In this document: positions 1 through 10,400 of the stretch, one piece after another
Layout of the letters: each line of letters opens with the position of its first letter
How positions within the stretch are numbered: the first letter of the stretch is position 1
Source: Pelomyxa schiedti
Lineage: Eukaryota; Protista; Evosea
DNA: 50,655 bases
Reading direction: 5' to 3'
Assembly (NCBI GenBank): GCA_020536535.1
Contig: JAHLWZ010000486.1
Coordinates: 1 to 50,655, forward strand
Notes under the pieces: model-generated
What the model saw: the letters and a program-made list of their open reading frames with translations, nothing else
What the model was told of the DNA's origin: nothing
Databases searched by the model: none
Position numbers and translations under genes: made by a program

Positions 1-979
1 CGGGCTGGCGAGGAGACGTGTTTGAACTGCCAGATCCTCGCCCCCTTTTGTCTGTGGTTGTGAAACTTGATCAGTCGAAAGTGCACCATGGTGCGTGCAG
101 GTATTATGGTTTGACGATACAGAAAACGTGCACGACCAAACGACCAGTACCTGTCATGTCTTGGCTTTTTCCTTGATTGGTTTTTGGTTTTTTAAGTTCT
201 TTCAAACGGTAGGAGATTGTCACCCACGCACAGTTCCTTACTTATACCCACGCCCCTGAGCATAAGCTCTTGAATCAAGAGAAATCAGATTCACCTGGAG
301 CTCCATAGGATACGATCAGTTATCGTTCCCATAACAAGATCCAGATTCTGATGTGTACCTTTGTTTCACCCAGTCCCTTACTTTGTAAGTGTTGAAGGGG
401 CCCGATCAACAACACAACCATTCTTTCTTTTCTTTAAATCAAGTAGAGGAGCGGTGGCGGGAGAATGAGAGGGGTGTCAGCAGTGGTAGCTGTTGTTTTA
501 GGGTTGTTGTTTGTTGTTGTTGGGGTTGTTCCTGTCCGCGGAGGTTATTTCACCCCTACGAACGTCACTTCTTTCATTTTGGCAAACAAGTATGTGATGC
601 CAATCTCTATTAGTTTATATGGGGTTTTTGCTGAAAAAAATTTATTTCATTTGTTTTGCGTTTGGTTTTCCTGGATATACTGAGGACGTGTAGGGATTAT
701 GAGCAATTGCCAGTTATTGTGAGCCTCAGTAATAGGTCGTCTCCAGAGATTTTCTTGTCATCTGGTGGTTACATTGAGTTTGATGTACAAGTTGACCCAT
801 CCACACTCATAGCAACACTGTACTTGGATGGCGTTAAGGTAATTTATGCTTTACAACTCCATATATACATTGTATTGTTTTTCTATTCCCTTTTTGTCCT
901 TCTTTTCGAAATAACATTGCTTTGTTTTCGTGTGACCTTGTAGGTTAAAAGCATTGACCTCAATGGCGGAAGTAGCGGT
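1..979 (+). repeat. Diverged direct duplicate of 18387-19371 (USP first exon and intron, shared promoter, 5' part of the secreted protein gene)
   Basis: Near-identical sequence to 18387-19371 with scattered substitutions and small indels (offset 18386 at the start, 18392 at the end). It ends at the N gap. Confidence 0.97.
465..979 (+). CDS. Secreted tandem-domain protein, copy 2, truncated by the gap (exons 465-589, 694-838, 944-979+)
   Basis: Signal-peptide-like MRGVSAVVAVVLGLLFVVVGVVPVRG and GT-AG introns at the same positions as the copy at 18854-20061. Confidence 0.8.
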
Positions 980-1079
980 NNNNNNNNNNNNNNNNNNNNN
1001 NNNNNNNNNNNNNNNNNNNNNNNNNNNNNNNNNNNNNNNNNNNNNNNNNNNNNNNNNNNNNNNNNNNNNNNNNNNNNNN
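980..1079. other. Scaffold gap (100 N)
   Basis: Run of exactly 100 N. Confidence 0.99.
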
Positions 1080-1728
1080 TCAACTCCAAAAAGCCAAGCT
1101 TGAGCAGCTCATCTCTTAGTGCGGTATCTTCTTCGGTATCTGGTGCATTTGCTTCTCCATGGGGGTGTTGCGATTGATGTGGAGTGTTGGAGCCACTCGT
1201 TTTGGTAAGGAGGTTTTGAATGAGTGCCTGTTGTTTTTTTTCCCCCCCGTTATTGGAATTGGGAACATCATGTGATGGGATACAGGAGATACAAGACTAA
1301 CAACAATCGACAATAGACACAACCAAGCAATATAATTGGGGGGGAGTGATGGCATGGCATACAGATTCCTTCTGGGATACGCCGACAGTGGATATCCTGA
1401 CACCCGCGGTGGCCTGCTTCCACGCCGCCGACTTTTTCTTCACCACGACCACCTCCACTTTGCCCTTGCTACCACCACCACTACCACCACCACCAGTGCT
1501 AGTGGAAGTGCTAGTGCTGGTGCTAGTGCTGGTGCTGGTGGGGGTGGGGGTGGGGGTTGTAGTAGTGATTTTAGGTGTGATGGATGTGGCTGTGGGTGGC
1601 TTGGGCTTCTGCTGCGACTGCTGCTGCTGTTGGTTGTGTTGGTTGTTGTGGGTGCTGTGGGTGTGGTGGGCTGCCATGTGTTGGGTGCTGGTGGCGTCGT
1701 TGGGCATGACGAGGTGGCGCTGTGTCTG

Positions 1729-1778
<50 letters not shown>

Positions 1779-1977
1779 TGGTGGTGGGGGTGACTGCCAC
1801 TGCACGGGTGGCCGATGGTGGTGGTGGTGGTGGGGGCGCTGTTGCTGTGGTCTTGGCCCCACGGCCTCCTCCGCCCCCGCCGCGGGCAGTGGGGGTGGTG
1901 GCCGTGGCCGTGGCCGCCCCTCGGGAGCTGCTGCTGCTGCTGTTTTTGTTGGCCCCCGTGGTCCGGGCCGTGCTCAT
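1080..1977 (-). CDS. 5' part of a gene with a low-complexity G/T/P/Q N-terminus, running into the gap (exons 1977-1363, 1227-1080+); possibly a DHX57/DHX29-like N-terminus
   Basis: ATG at 1977, a GTATGC donor at 1362 and a CAG acceptor at 1228 give a continuous frame ...RISTVGVSQKES|ALIQNLL...LRDELLKLGFLEL. L-x-x-LGF resembles the start of a UBA domain. The helicase identity is speculative. Confidence 0.6.
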
Positions 1978-2238
1978 TGGGTGATGGTGTGTGCCTTATG
2001 ATGATGTTAACAAAGGACCTGCGGTGGTTTCTTTATCAATCAGAGGCGATTGGGTTCTGGACACAGAATGGGGAATCTAGCCCCAGAACCATCCCACATC
2101 ACCAGTGAGGCAGTCCCGGTGCCCATTCCGAATGGGAGATTCCCATCAAAGAATCTGTTCAGATGAGCCCTTTGGGTGTCGCACTCCGTTTCGCGCTCGA
2201 ATGAAAATAAGTAAACAAGACGTGAAAGGAAGGTACAT

Positions 2239-3489
2239 TCAAGGGGAAAAGGAGAAGACCCTGTCAATAATGAGGTACTCATTTGAGGCAAACTTCAATG
2301 AAAGAACACATTTACCAGAAGCTGCCTCCTCAACCAAAATGCACGGCTTCCTCTCACTGCTTTCAGAAGCGTTCATGTCTGAAACCTTGAAAAAGAAGCC
2401 ACATTCAGCAATCAACTGGAAGACCGCCTGTTGCTCCACAACTCTGAGTGGCTTGGCAGTGTCATTGCAGTCCCAGAATTCAACACAAAAAGTGTTGGAG
2501 GGAGGAGCAGACGTGTAACATATCAAGAATATCCTCTGGCTTTGCTGTGAGAGGGATGGTGTCAACGCCTTTGCCAAGCAAGTTGCCTCGCCGGTTGCTT
2601 CTTCAACCATCAGGACCTCATTGCCACTTGCAAAGGAAAACACCACAATGAACACAGTGGTGCCATTCTGCCTTTTCATGCAAAGAACTGAATCCAAGAA
2701 GCGCGAAGGGAAATCCTTGCGAACAGTGACCTTTGTTGAGGTCACAACTGTTGGCCGCACACCGAATCCTGAGGGGCTCACAGTTGGCTCTGTTGCAAAC
2801 GTGAGTGTGAGGCTGAGAACTTGAATCAATAAGTCAACATGGAGGTCGTCCCTCTCAATAACACTTGCAACCACGGCCTCCTCAGCAGGATTTGAGCTGT
2901 TGAACCCAGCCCACGCAATGGCCGAAGAAACACCAGCCGGTCTCTCAAGTGGACAAAGGTCCCCCAGAGCTCCCAGTTTTGCCACTGACACGAAACTGCC
3001 GTAGTTGCGGTAGAATGTACCCCCGTTAACAATCATCCACTTGTCATTGGTGGCACATTGATACACATTTGCACAACCACCACCAGGCCCATTGGTTCTG
3101 TATTCTTTGCCAGTTTCACTGTCAATCACATTTAAGCCACCCCTGTTGTACATGTGCCTGCCGTCGGCAGTGAGCCCCCCTCGCGAAATCTTGGACGTGA
3201 CCTCATCTGCAACTGCGACGCCGAGCGTCATTGGCGAAACGCCGAACCGCAAAGTGTGGCATCTGCTCTCCAATCCCGAGGCAGCGACCCGCGACACGGT
3301 CACGACCGCCACGAAATTGCGCGGGGAGGAGGCCACGTCCCATAAGTGCCGGGCCAGGGTGGGGCGCCGGCACACGCAGAGGGCCGGGCTCTGCTTGCCG
3401 CACCGCTCGTGCGCCGACATCATGATCGCGAGGAATTGCTCGCGCACAAGCAACCAAACCGCCGGCGGCATTGCTCCTTCGTCACCCAT
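2239..3489 (-). CDS. Intronless hypothetical protein (~416 aa), beta-rich body with an N-terminal QFLA..S.H.RCG..SPA motif
   Basis: Long uninterrupted ORF with non-repetitive, globular composition. Likely start is MGDEGAMPP at 3489. Confidence 0.75.
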   Translation of the reverse strand: MGDEGAMPPAVWLLVREQFLAIMMSAHERCGKQSPALCVCRRPTLARHLWDVASSPRNFVAVVTVSRVAASGLESRCHTLRFGVSPMTLGVAVADEVTSKISRGGLTADGRHMYNRGGLNVIDSETGKEYRTNGPGGGCANVYQCATNDKWMIVNGGTFYRNYGSFVSVAKLGALGDLCPLERPAGVSSAIAWAGFNSSNPAEEAVVASVIERDDLHVDLLIQVLSLTLTFATEPTVSPSGFGVRPTVVTSTKVTVRKDFPSRFLDSVLCMKRQNGTTVFIVVFSFASGNEVLMVEEATGEATCLAKALTPSLSQQSQRIFLICYTSAPPSNTFCVEFWDCNDTAKPLRVVEQQAVFQLIAECGFFFKVSDMNASESSERKPCILVEEAASGKCVLSLKFASNEYLIIDRVFSFSP

Positions 3490-3960
3490 TATTTTGGTTG
3501 TGATGGCGAACAGAGTTCGAAGAAACCTGGTGGGTGACACGGATTGAAGATTCCGTTTGTTCTTGGTCGAAACCAAGAAACTATGTTTGAACATAACCAA
3601 AGGTGTTCCCACGATAGTTTTTCATCCCAAACCAAACTGTATTCCTGCTGTTTCCAGCAACTCCAAAGAAGCCAAATCACTCCTGGATCTGGCAAATGAA
3701 GTGTTGCACCTCACAGGACATTCCCAATGCCTTCAGAGAAAGCATCATGATGCGTTCACTGATTACTTCACCTCTGTGCCATCAAATTCATCAGCAAGAT
3801 GTTCCTGCCCACAAGGGTAAAGGAACAATTCTAAGAAGAACAAATGGAGGAAACGTTGGAATTTTCATGAACCAGGCCAAGGGTGCACACCAGCAACACA
3901 TCTGAAAAATATATAGGGGGACAGAGTGGGAGTGTCAAGGCACGCAAACACAGGCGGCGG

Positions 3961-6900
3961 ATGAAAATGTTGTTGTGGAGTGGGGGAGGGAGGAAAAACA
4001 AGGTGGCCGATGCTTGTGAATTGGGATTGTCACCAAGTACAAGTGGTAGCAACATCCACCTCCGTGGAATAGGTAAACCAATAGAATCCAATGAAAAGGC
4101 TACCACAAAGAAGTATGTGTATCATTCCTTTTTCCTGCCCTTGTTGCATTATGACATCTAGTATTAAGAAAGGCGTCTGATTTTAACCTTCAACGTGTAA
4201 CAGGGGCAGACTAGTCGGTGCTCGTTCTTTGAAAATAATTGTGCCTGCTACAGCAGTTGCTGTTGTAACGTGTATAGTGTGTGCCTGTGTGCTCCCAATG
4301 ACAGTTCTATGGGTCACATCCCTCCAGAGTGTTACTCGTACTTGTACTTCTTGCTTATTAACGGTATATTCTTATTTGGTATGTGTTAAGTGGATATCTA
4401 ATGAATATTGTTTTCATTTCTTAGGAAATGAATGTATATCGGGATTTACTTGTGAAGAGCAGTGTCGGGGCTATATCAGGTCAAATGGCAATGCCTCCTC
4501 TTATAGCGGACGATGTTAGTATTGCTATACCGGACTCTGCTTATACATCTACTGTACCATTACATACAGACCATTCTACATTTCAGAGAGTTTTCCGGGG
4601 GATAGCAAAGCAATTTCCGACAGTCAGTAATGTGGTATGCCTTCACAGTGTTTACCTATTTGATAGTTGATGTAAATCAGCTGGTAGGATGGCAGAACAC
4701 TGAAGGAGATCATATATACTGTGACCTCCAGAGTTACTGGGGTTGCCATGACAGTAAAATCGATTCGAATGTGACTTTCTACTATTTTGATGGAACGCGA
4801 AGAGGCGGAGACATTAGAGTGTCTCTTACTGCAAGAGACTGGTGGTAAGGCCGAACATGTAGCGTCCAAATTGCCTGATCATCCACTAGGAAAATTGGTA
4901 TCGACGCATGGAATGGGTCTTGGACTTCTGTTTTCAAGTCTGCAAATCCTGCCGAAGGCCGAGTCATGGGCTACACTCTCAGGCCAGCTGTTTCTGTGCC
5001 CGCTGTCATTCAGGTCACCTACACAATGCAGTTTCTCCAACACTTCTTCTCGAGCTTCAATCTCACGAAGAATGGCTTGGCATTCCTAGCCGAGAATAAG
5101 ACCCTAAAAATTATTGCTGCCACTGTGACCATTCCAGTCCAGACACAAACAGGAGGGGATGTTTTCGCACTTAATTGCTCAAATAGCACTGTGAAACATG
5201 CTGCACACATGGTATCAAAACCTCCTTCACTCTGATTTTTAATTACTCTCAGTGGCTGAATAACACCGCCAACAAGTTCGTTGAGAACCACTTCACTATT
5301 GACACTGATGATAATGGAATCTCCTACGTTGATGTTGTCCCGATTACAGCTAGTGGTGGATTGACTTTATGGTCATTTCTCATCACTCCCGAGAAGGTAT
5401 CTGTTTTGGCTCTGTTGGAGTTATTCCAAAGTGAAACTAGGACTTCATGTCAGAGATTACGAAGAAGGAACACCAAGCTGAAGGGAGTGCTTACCTTTCC
5501 GTCTGGATTGTTCTTGCATGTGAAGTTCTCATTGGCATTTGTTCTGTGGTTATTAGCATCTCTTTATCTGTCATACTTGCTAGAGCCTTGCAGGAAGTAA
5601 TCAGGAAACTGCAAAAAGTTTCTAGTGGGAAGCTGGCTAGGTTTGAATTTGAGTTTTTTACCCATGTAAGTCTATGTATCAGGAGTGGGAGTAGCAATGT
5701 CTTGCAAAGAAGCCTGCTCAAAGAAATAGACTCAGTATCTCTTTTCTTCTTTATTTGAACCACTAAATCGACAAGTTGAACTCTGAAGTCACTATAATGC
5801 AGTCTGCTCTGGAGTCCTTTAGTCAGTGCGTGTTATTTCCCCTTTGTGTGACCTAATTTTCCTCAACAGGTACGTCCCAACTGAGGTGGTCAGGTGCGCG
5901 GTAACAGTTTATCCTCTTTTTTTTTTTATCTTGAGTACAGATACTTGTGCAAGAATAGGATGAAGCCTGTGGTAGGAGTCTCCACGATGCACTGCACAGT
6001 GATGTTCCTTGATGTGGTAGATTTTGTATGATCCTTAAAACGCGGAAGAGTTTTCACGCTCTCTAGACGCGGAACATGGAACAGTATGGAGCAAAGTCTA
6101 TAATTGAAGTCCTTTCAACGATGTTCCAATCCTTCTCCACGGTGATAACGAAAAATTCTGGATGCATTGACAAGGTTGGTTTGTAGGAGATGTATACATC
6201 AGTTACTCACTTTCCTCACAGTATATTGGGGATGCTATTATGGTAAGAGATGGTCTTAAGTTAGTTCCATAATATCTGGATAGGCCTTATGGGGGTGCCC
6301 GGTACAAGACTCTAACTCAGAAATGAATGCCTGTAGAGCTGCGGCAGAAATTCTCATGGAACTTGGAAGAATAAATACAGTGTTCAAAGCAAAATCCCTA
6401 CCAGTGATGCGCGTACGAATTGGGGTATAATACTCAAATTGTACAGGTTGGGGTATTAATTATGATTTAGATACACGCCGGTGAAGTCCAAGCCGGTAAT
6501 GTCGGGTAGGTTGGGAGAATTAAATTGAAGCACTAAAGTTAAACAAGGTCAACACAGAGGCTCAATTACACGGTTCTAGGTTGGGTCTTATTCTGTGAAG
6601 AACTTCACATTAATCTGTTTTAAAAGGAAATACTGTAAACTTAGCAAGCCGGTTGGAACCGTTGAGCAAAGAACTCGCAACCTCAGTTCTTGTATCAGAT
6701 GCTGTCAGGGGGGCAGCCAAAGATAACACTTTTTCATGGCGAGCTCTTGGACGCATACAAGTAATTTTTCTCCTATTGAGCGGGGTGACAAATATTGTAA
6801 ATCAAGGTACGTGGGTTCAAGAAGCCAATCCTCGTGCATGAATTTCTTGGGTTCACTTCCGAGTGTGTAGTGCCCACTTCGCATTTCAGTTTCATTTTAT

Positions 6901-7252
6901 AATAATAATAATAATAAGAATACAATACTGGCAGTTAAGTTTATGTAATAGTTCGCGCGGTATTTAAACACATTCCGCTGTCAACAGGTTAAGTACGGAA
7001 ATGACACGAATGCTATCGGACTACTCCACAATAGATTCCATGCTATTTTCTCCCTCCTTGCCCTCATCAAACAAATTAAGTCCACCGGATCCCACAATCG
7101 TAACTACGGACACAACCACAGACGAGGACGTAGTTCGCGCGATGGAGTGTTATCTGGACAACCACCCCGACGACTACACCGTGACGCAGTCCCTCGTTCT
7201 CTTCACTCAACAACAAAACCAGCACCATTCCAGCAACCTCTCCCTCATGTAA
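3961..7252 (+). CDS. Membrane-bound class III (IIIb-type) adenylyl cyclase: TM - extracellular sensor - TM - HAMP-like - cyclase; multi-exon
   Basis: Spliced motifs TVMFLDVVDF|TR, IDK|YIGDAIM|ALWG, RIG|IHAGEVQAGNVG|STQRLNYTVLG|NTVNLASRLE and VRGFKKP. There are two hydrophobic helices (~4230-4320 and ~5500-5590). The 5' exons are less certain. Confidence 0.9.
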
Positions 7253-7410
7253 CTTGCTTGGAATTGAATTTTTCGTTGGAACAAAATGTTGTTTTTTTTT
7301 TTTTTGGTTTCCGAACTGGGTGTTGATTTTGATTTGACAGTGTGGAGTACTTGCGTGGTGGAGTAATCGTCAGAGTGTAAGGACGATAACGGTAATGATG
7401 ATGATGATTA

Positions 7411-10400
7411 CTATGATAGGAGGGCAGTGAGGCGGCGGAGGGTGTCGGGGGATGGTTGTGGTGACGAGGGGGATGACAGGGCTGTGGTGGCCAGTGCCTG
7501 GGTCTCGGGGGTAAGTACTTGGGAGATAGCGGACTTGGCTTGTTGCTTCAGGGGCAGTGGGCAACCTTTGTGGCTGAGAACCGCATTCAGGGCTTCACCG
7601 GCCTATGTGTGTTGAATGTTATGTTATGTTTATGTTTATGTTTATGTTTATGTTTATGTTTATGTTTATGTTTATGTTATTTTAGGCTGGCTGGCTGTTT
7701 GTGTTGTGTGTTTTGGGTATACATACGAGTGCTACATGTGTGAATCTTTCTTTGAGGTCTGTGGCTGACGGTCTCAGGGATGGTGGTAGCTGGCACAGGA
7801 ATCCAATCAGTGACTTGCCGAGAGATTCTCTTGTTTGATCCGGGACTGAAAGTGGGATCTGAGAAAATCATGGTAGTTGGAACTTGGATGGAGTTAAGTT
7901 AAGTGGGAGAATCGCACCTTTGTGAACAATCTTATGAACAGCGTGTGAATCGTTGGGTTAGACACCAATACAACCGGGTTTTGTTCCAGGAAAGTCAAGA
8001 AGAACTGTTGGGTGTGCGCCGAGTCAGCCCACAGCTGCTTTAACTGAGCATCATCGAGATGGATCAAAGTAGTGCATGCTTGGGTAGCACCAGGAAAATG
8101 GTGTGCACCAATACACATTACTGCCAAAAAAAAGTAAGTTGTAAGAAATAGCACAGAGGGTAGAAAGACATATGTCCAAGGCCTCTATCATCTCAACTCC
8201 AAAAGATTTCATTCCAGATATCGCGTGCATCACTAACTCTGTTATGTAGCGGTAGTAGAGCTGTTTGCTTCCTACGGGTGCAATTGGTTGCGCACCGGCT
8301 GGTGGTGGTAGAGTTGAAAGCATTGCAGGGACAGTTTTCTTTACTGTCATGTACATTTCCTCGAGGCATTCTTTGGAACTTCTGAGTGGTCGTTATTGTT
8401 TTCACATAAAATCATTTCACATCACCTGCAAAAGAGCATGATGAAAGAATAACAGGACGGCAATAGGGAAGTCAAATTATCAGGCATTGTAAAAGTGTGC
8501 AAGTCTTTAATGGCGGTGTTGAGAATGGAACAAAGAGCAGTCTGGATTTTGTTAAAAAAAAAAAATCACGTTGTGACCGTACAATTGTTGGAGTAAAATG
8601 CCGGAAAAATGAACCGCGAGATTTTGCCAATGAAGAGGGTGGCGGTACAGTTCTTTCACATGTTTCTATCCACTGAACGCTGTTCGCTAACACTTTGACA
8701 AATAAGCTAAAGGTTTCCAGATTTCCAGTAGGTGGTTGTATGTGCTGGAAAAAATTAGGGTAACCAGAAGTAATTTTGGTGTACATGTTGTATGTGAACA
8801 AGCCCAGAAGAAGACTCTCCCTTCCCCAGACAAAAAGCTATCTTATCTTGCTCGGTTTGCATCAATAACAAGGTTAACCTGAGAAAAGTAAAAACAAAAA
8901 AAAATTAGCTGGCTAAATCGCACCTTAACACAGGGACAGGGTTACCCACAAGATGCCGTGAAGTTGCCACAATTGGAATGTACTTTGCCCTGAAGTCAGT
9001 ACTAGTTTTACAGGTATAATCTAGAAACTGAAGAAGCACTTCAGCGATCTGATTTCCCCACTGAGTACTAAAAGTGGCATTTAAGAACACAAACTTCAGG
9101 GTATTCTTGGCATTCAAGGAGGAGGTGGTCAATTGCCCAGTCAAAGTTGCTATGAAAAATAATGTACTTCAGAAAGTCATGATTTTCCTTGGAGCAAACA
9201 AGTAACACTTTGTAGTAGTACGGTGATGTTTCCTAATGAAGTAAGGGTTCAAAAAAAAATAAATGAAATATAATAAATAGGAGAAAAAGATACATTGTTG
9301 TACTGGATTTGACTTCGAGCAGGTGAAAGTGATACCTATGCCAATTGAGAAGGATACCAAAAGAGATTTTGTTCCACACAAAAAATTCCATGAATCTCTT
9401 GCAGTAGTCCTCCTTAGAAACTGTCTGTTTCACAAAAGCAGGGCACTTCTGTATGCACTCCCACCATATTTTATTCTTTTTTGGCCCTTATTAGTATCTC
9501 TTACAACGCGAGGCTGTACCATCTCCATTCGATTTTCATCTTGGTCTTGGTGGGTACTATCAATCCTGAAGAGTAGCTGATAAAACGCCTCCGTATGATT
9601 GGCAAACTGGGAAAACAAATAAGATGGAGTGATGAATTATTGAACACCCACCACAGCAAATTGAGAAGGGGTGTGCAAAGTCCACAGAACCAACTGTAAG
9701 TATGGAACTAATCTCCATACGTGCCTGTCGGACCTGTTGGAGCCTGTACCAATACTAGCCAGTATTCTGTCTGTGCACTTTTGGGCAGTATCAAACATAA
9801 TGACAAGTTCTTCCATCAGTGCGTCAAGCAGGGAATTGTCACAGCTGGCTGCAGGTATTTGTATAGTTTTCGAGCTTGGCACAGCTCCACTCCCAAGACA
9901 GCAGCATTGAAGTAATTTGGATGCAAATTCCCTGCACGCTTCCTGGTAGCTTGTTACACATTGATTGACAATTAACTTCCTCCATTCCCAAATGAGAGGC
10001 CTATCAATAAATGTAAGGGAAGCAGAAGAAAGAAAATCTAATAGAAAAAGCAAACCTCATGACAGGTAGAGACAAAGCTGTTTCCGTCAAGAATTGCAGA
10101 AGACAAGCAATAGTGGAACTTGGTGAACCTTCATCGATTGACCTGGGAGCTTTTTTAGGGAAAAAAAAAAAGAATCTCAAGTACCCAAAAATGAATTCAC
10201 AAATAGTAGATAGTCTCAGTTGTTGCAGGGAATCACCTACTGAGAGTATACTTCCCAGAACAACAAAAAAGGAACTTAACTCATCAGAGTCAATTCTCTT
10301 TATGCTCTTAAGGGTATTAGTTTCTTTCTTACTCCTCAACTTGCATACTGTGCGAATTTCAAGCAGTATTGCAGAAGTAAAGTTTTCATTGTTTTCACAT

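Noticed and set aside
1336-2108. Overlapping plus-strand ORFs (also 31083-31515, 38811-40407 and 41403-42041)
   Set aside because: These are shadow ORFs from GC-rich low-complexity or microsatellite sequence opposite or overlapping real exons.
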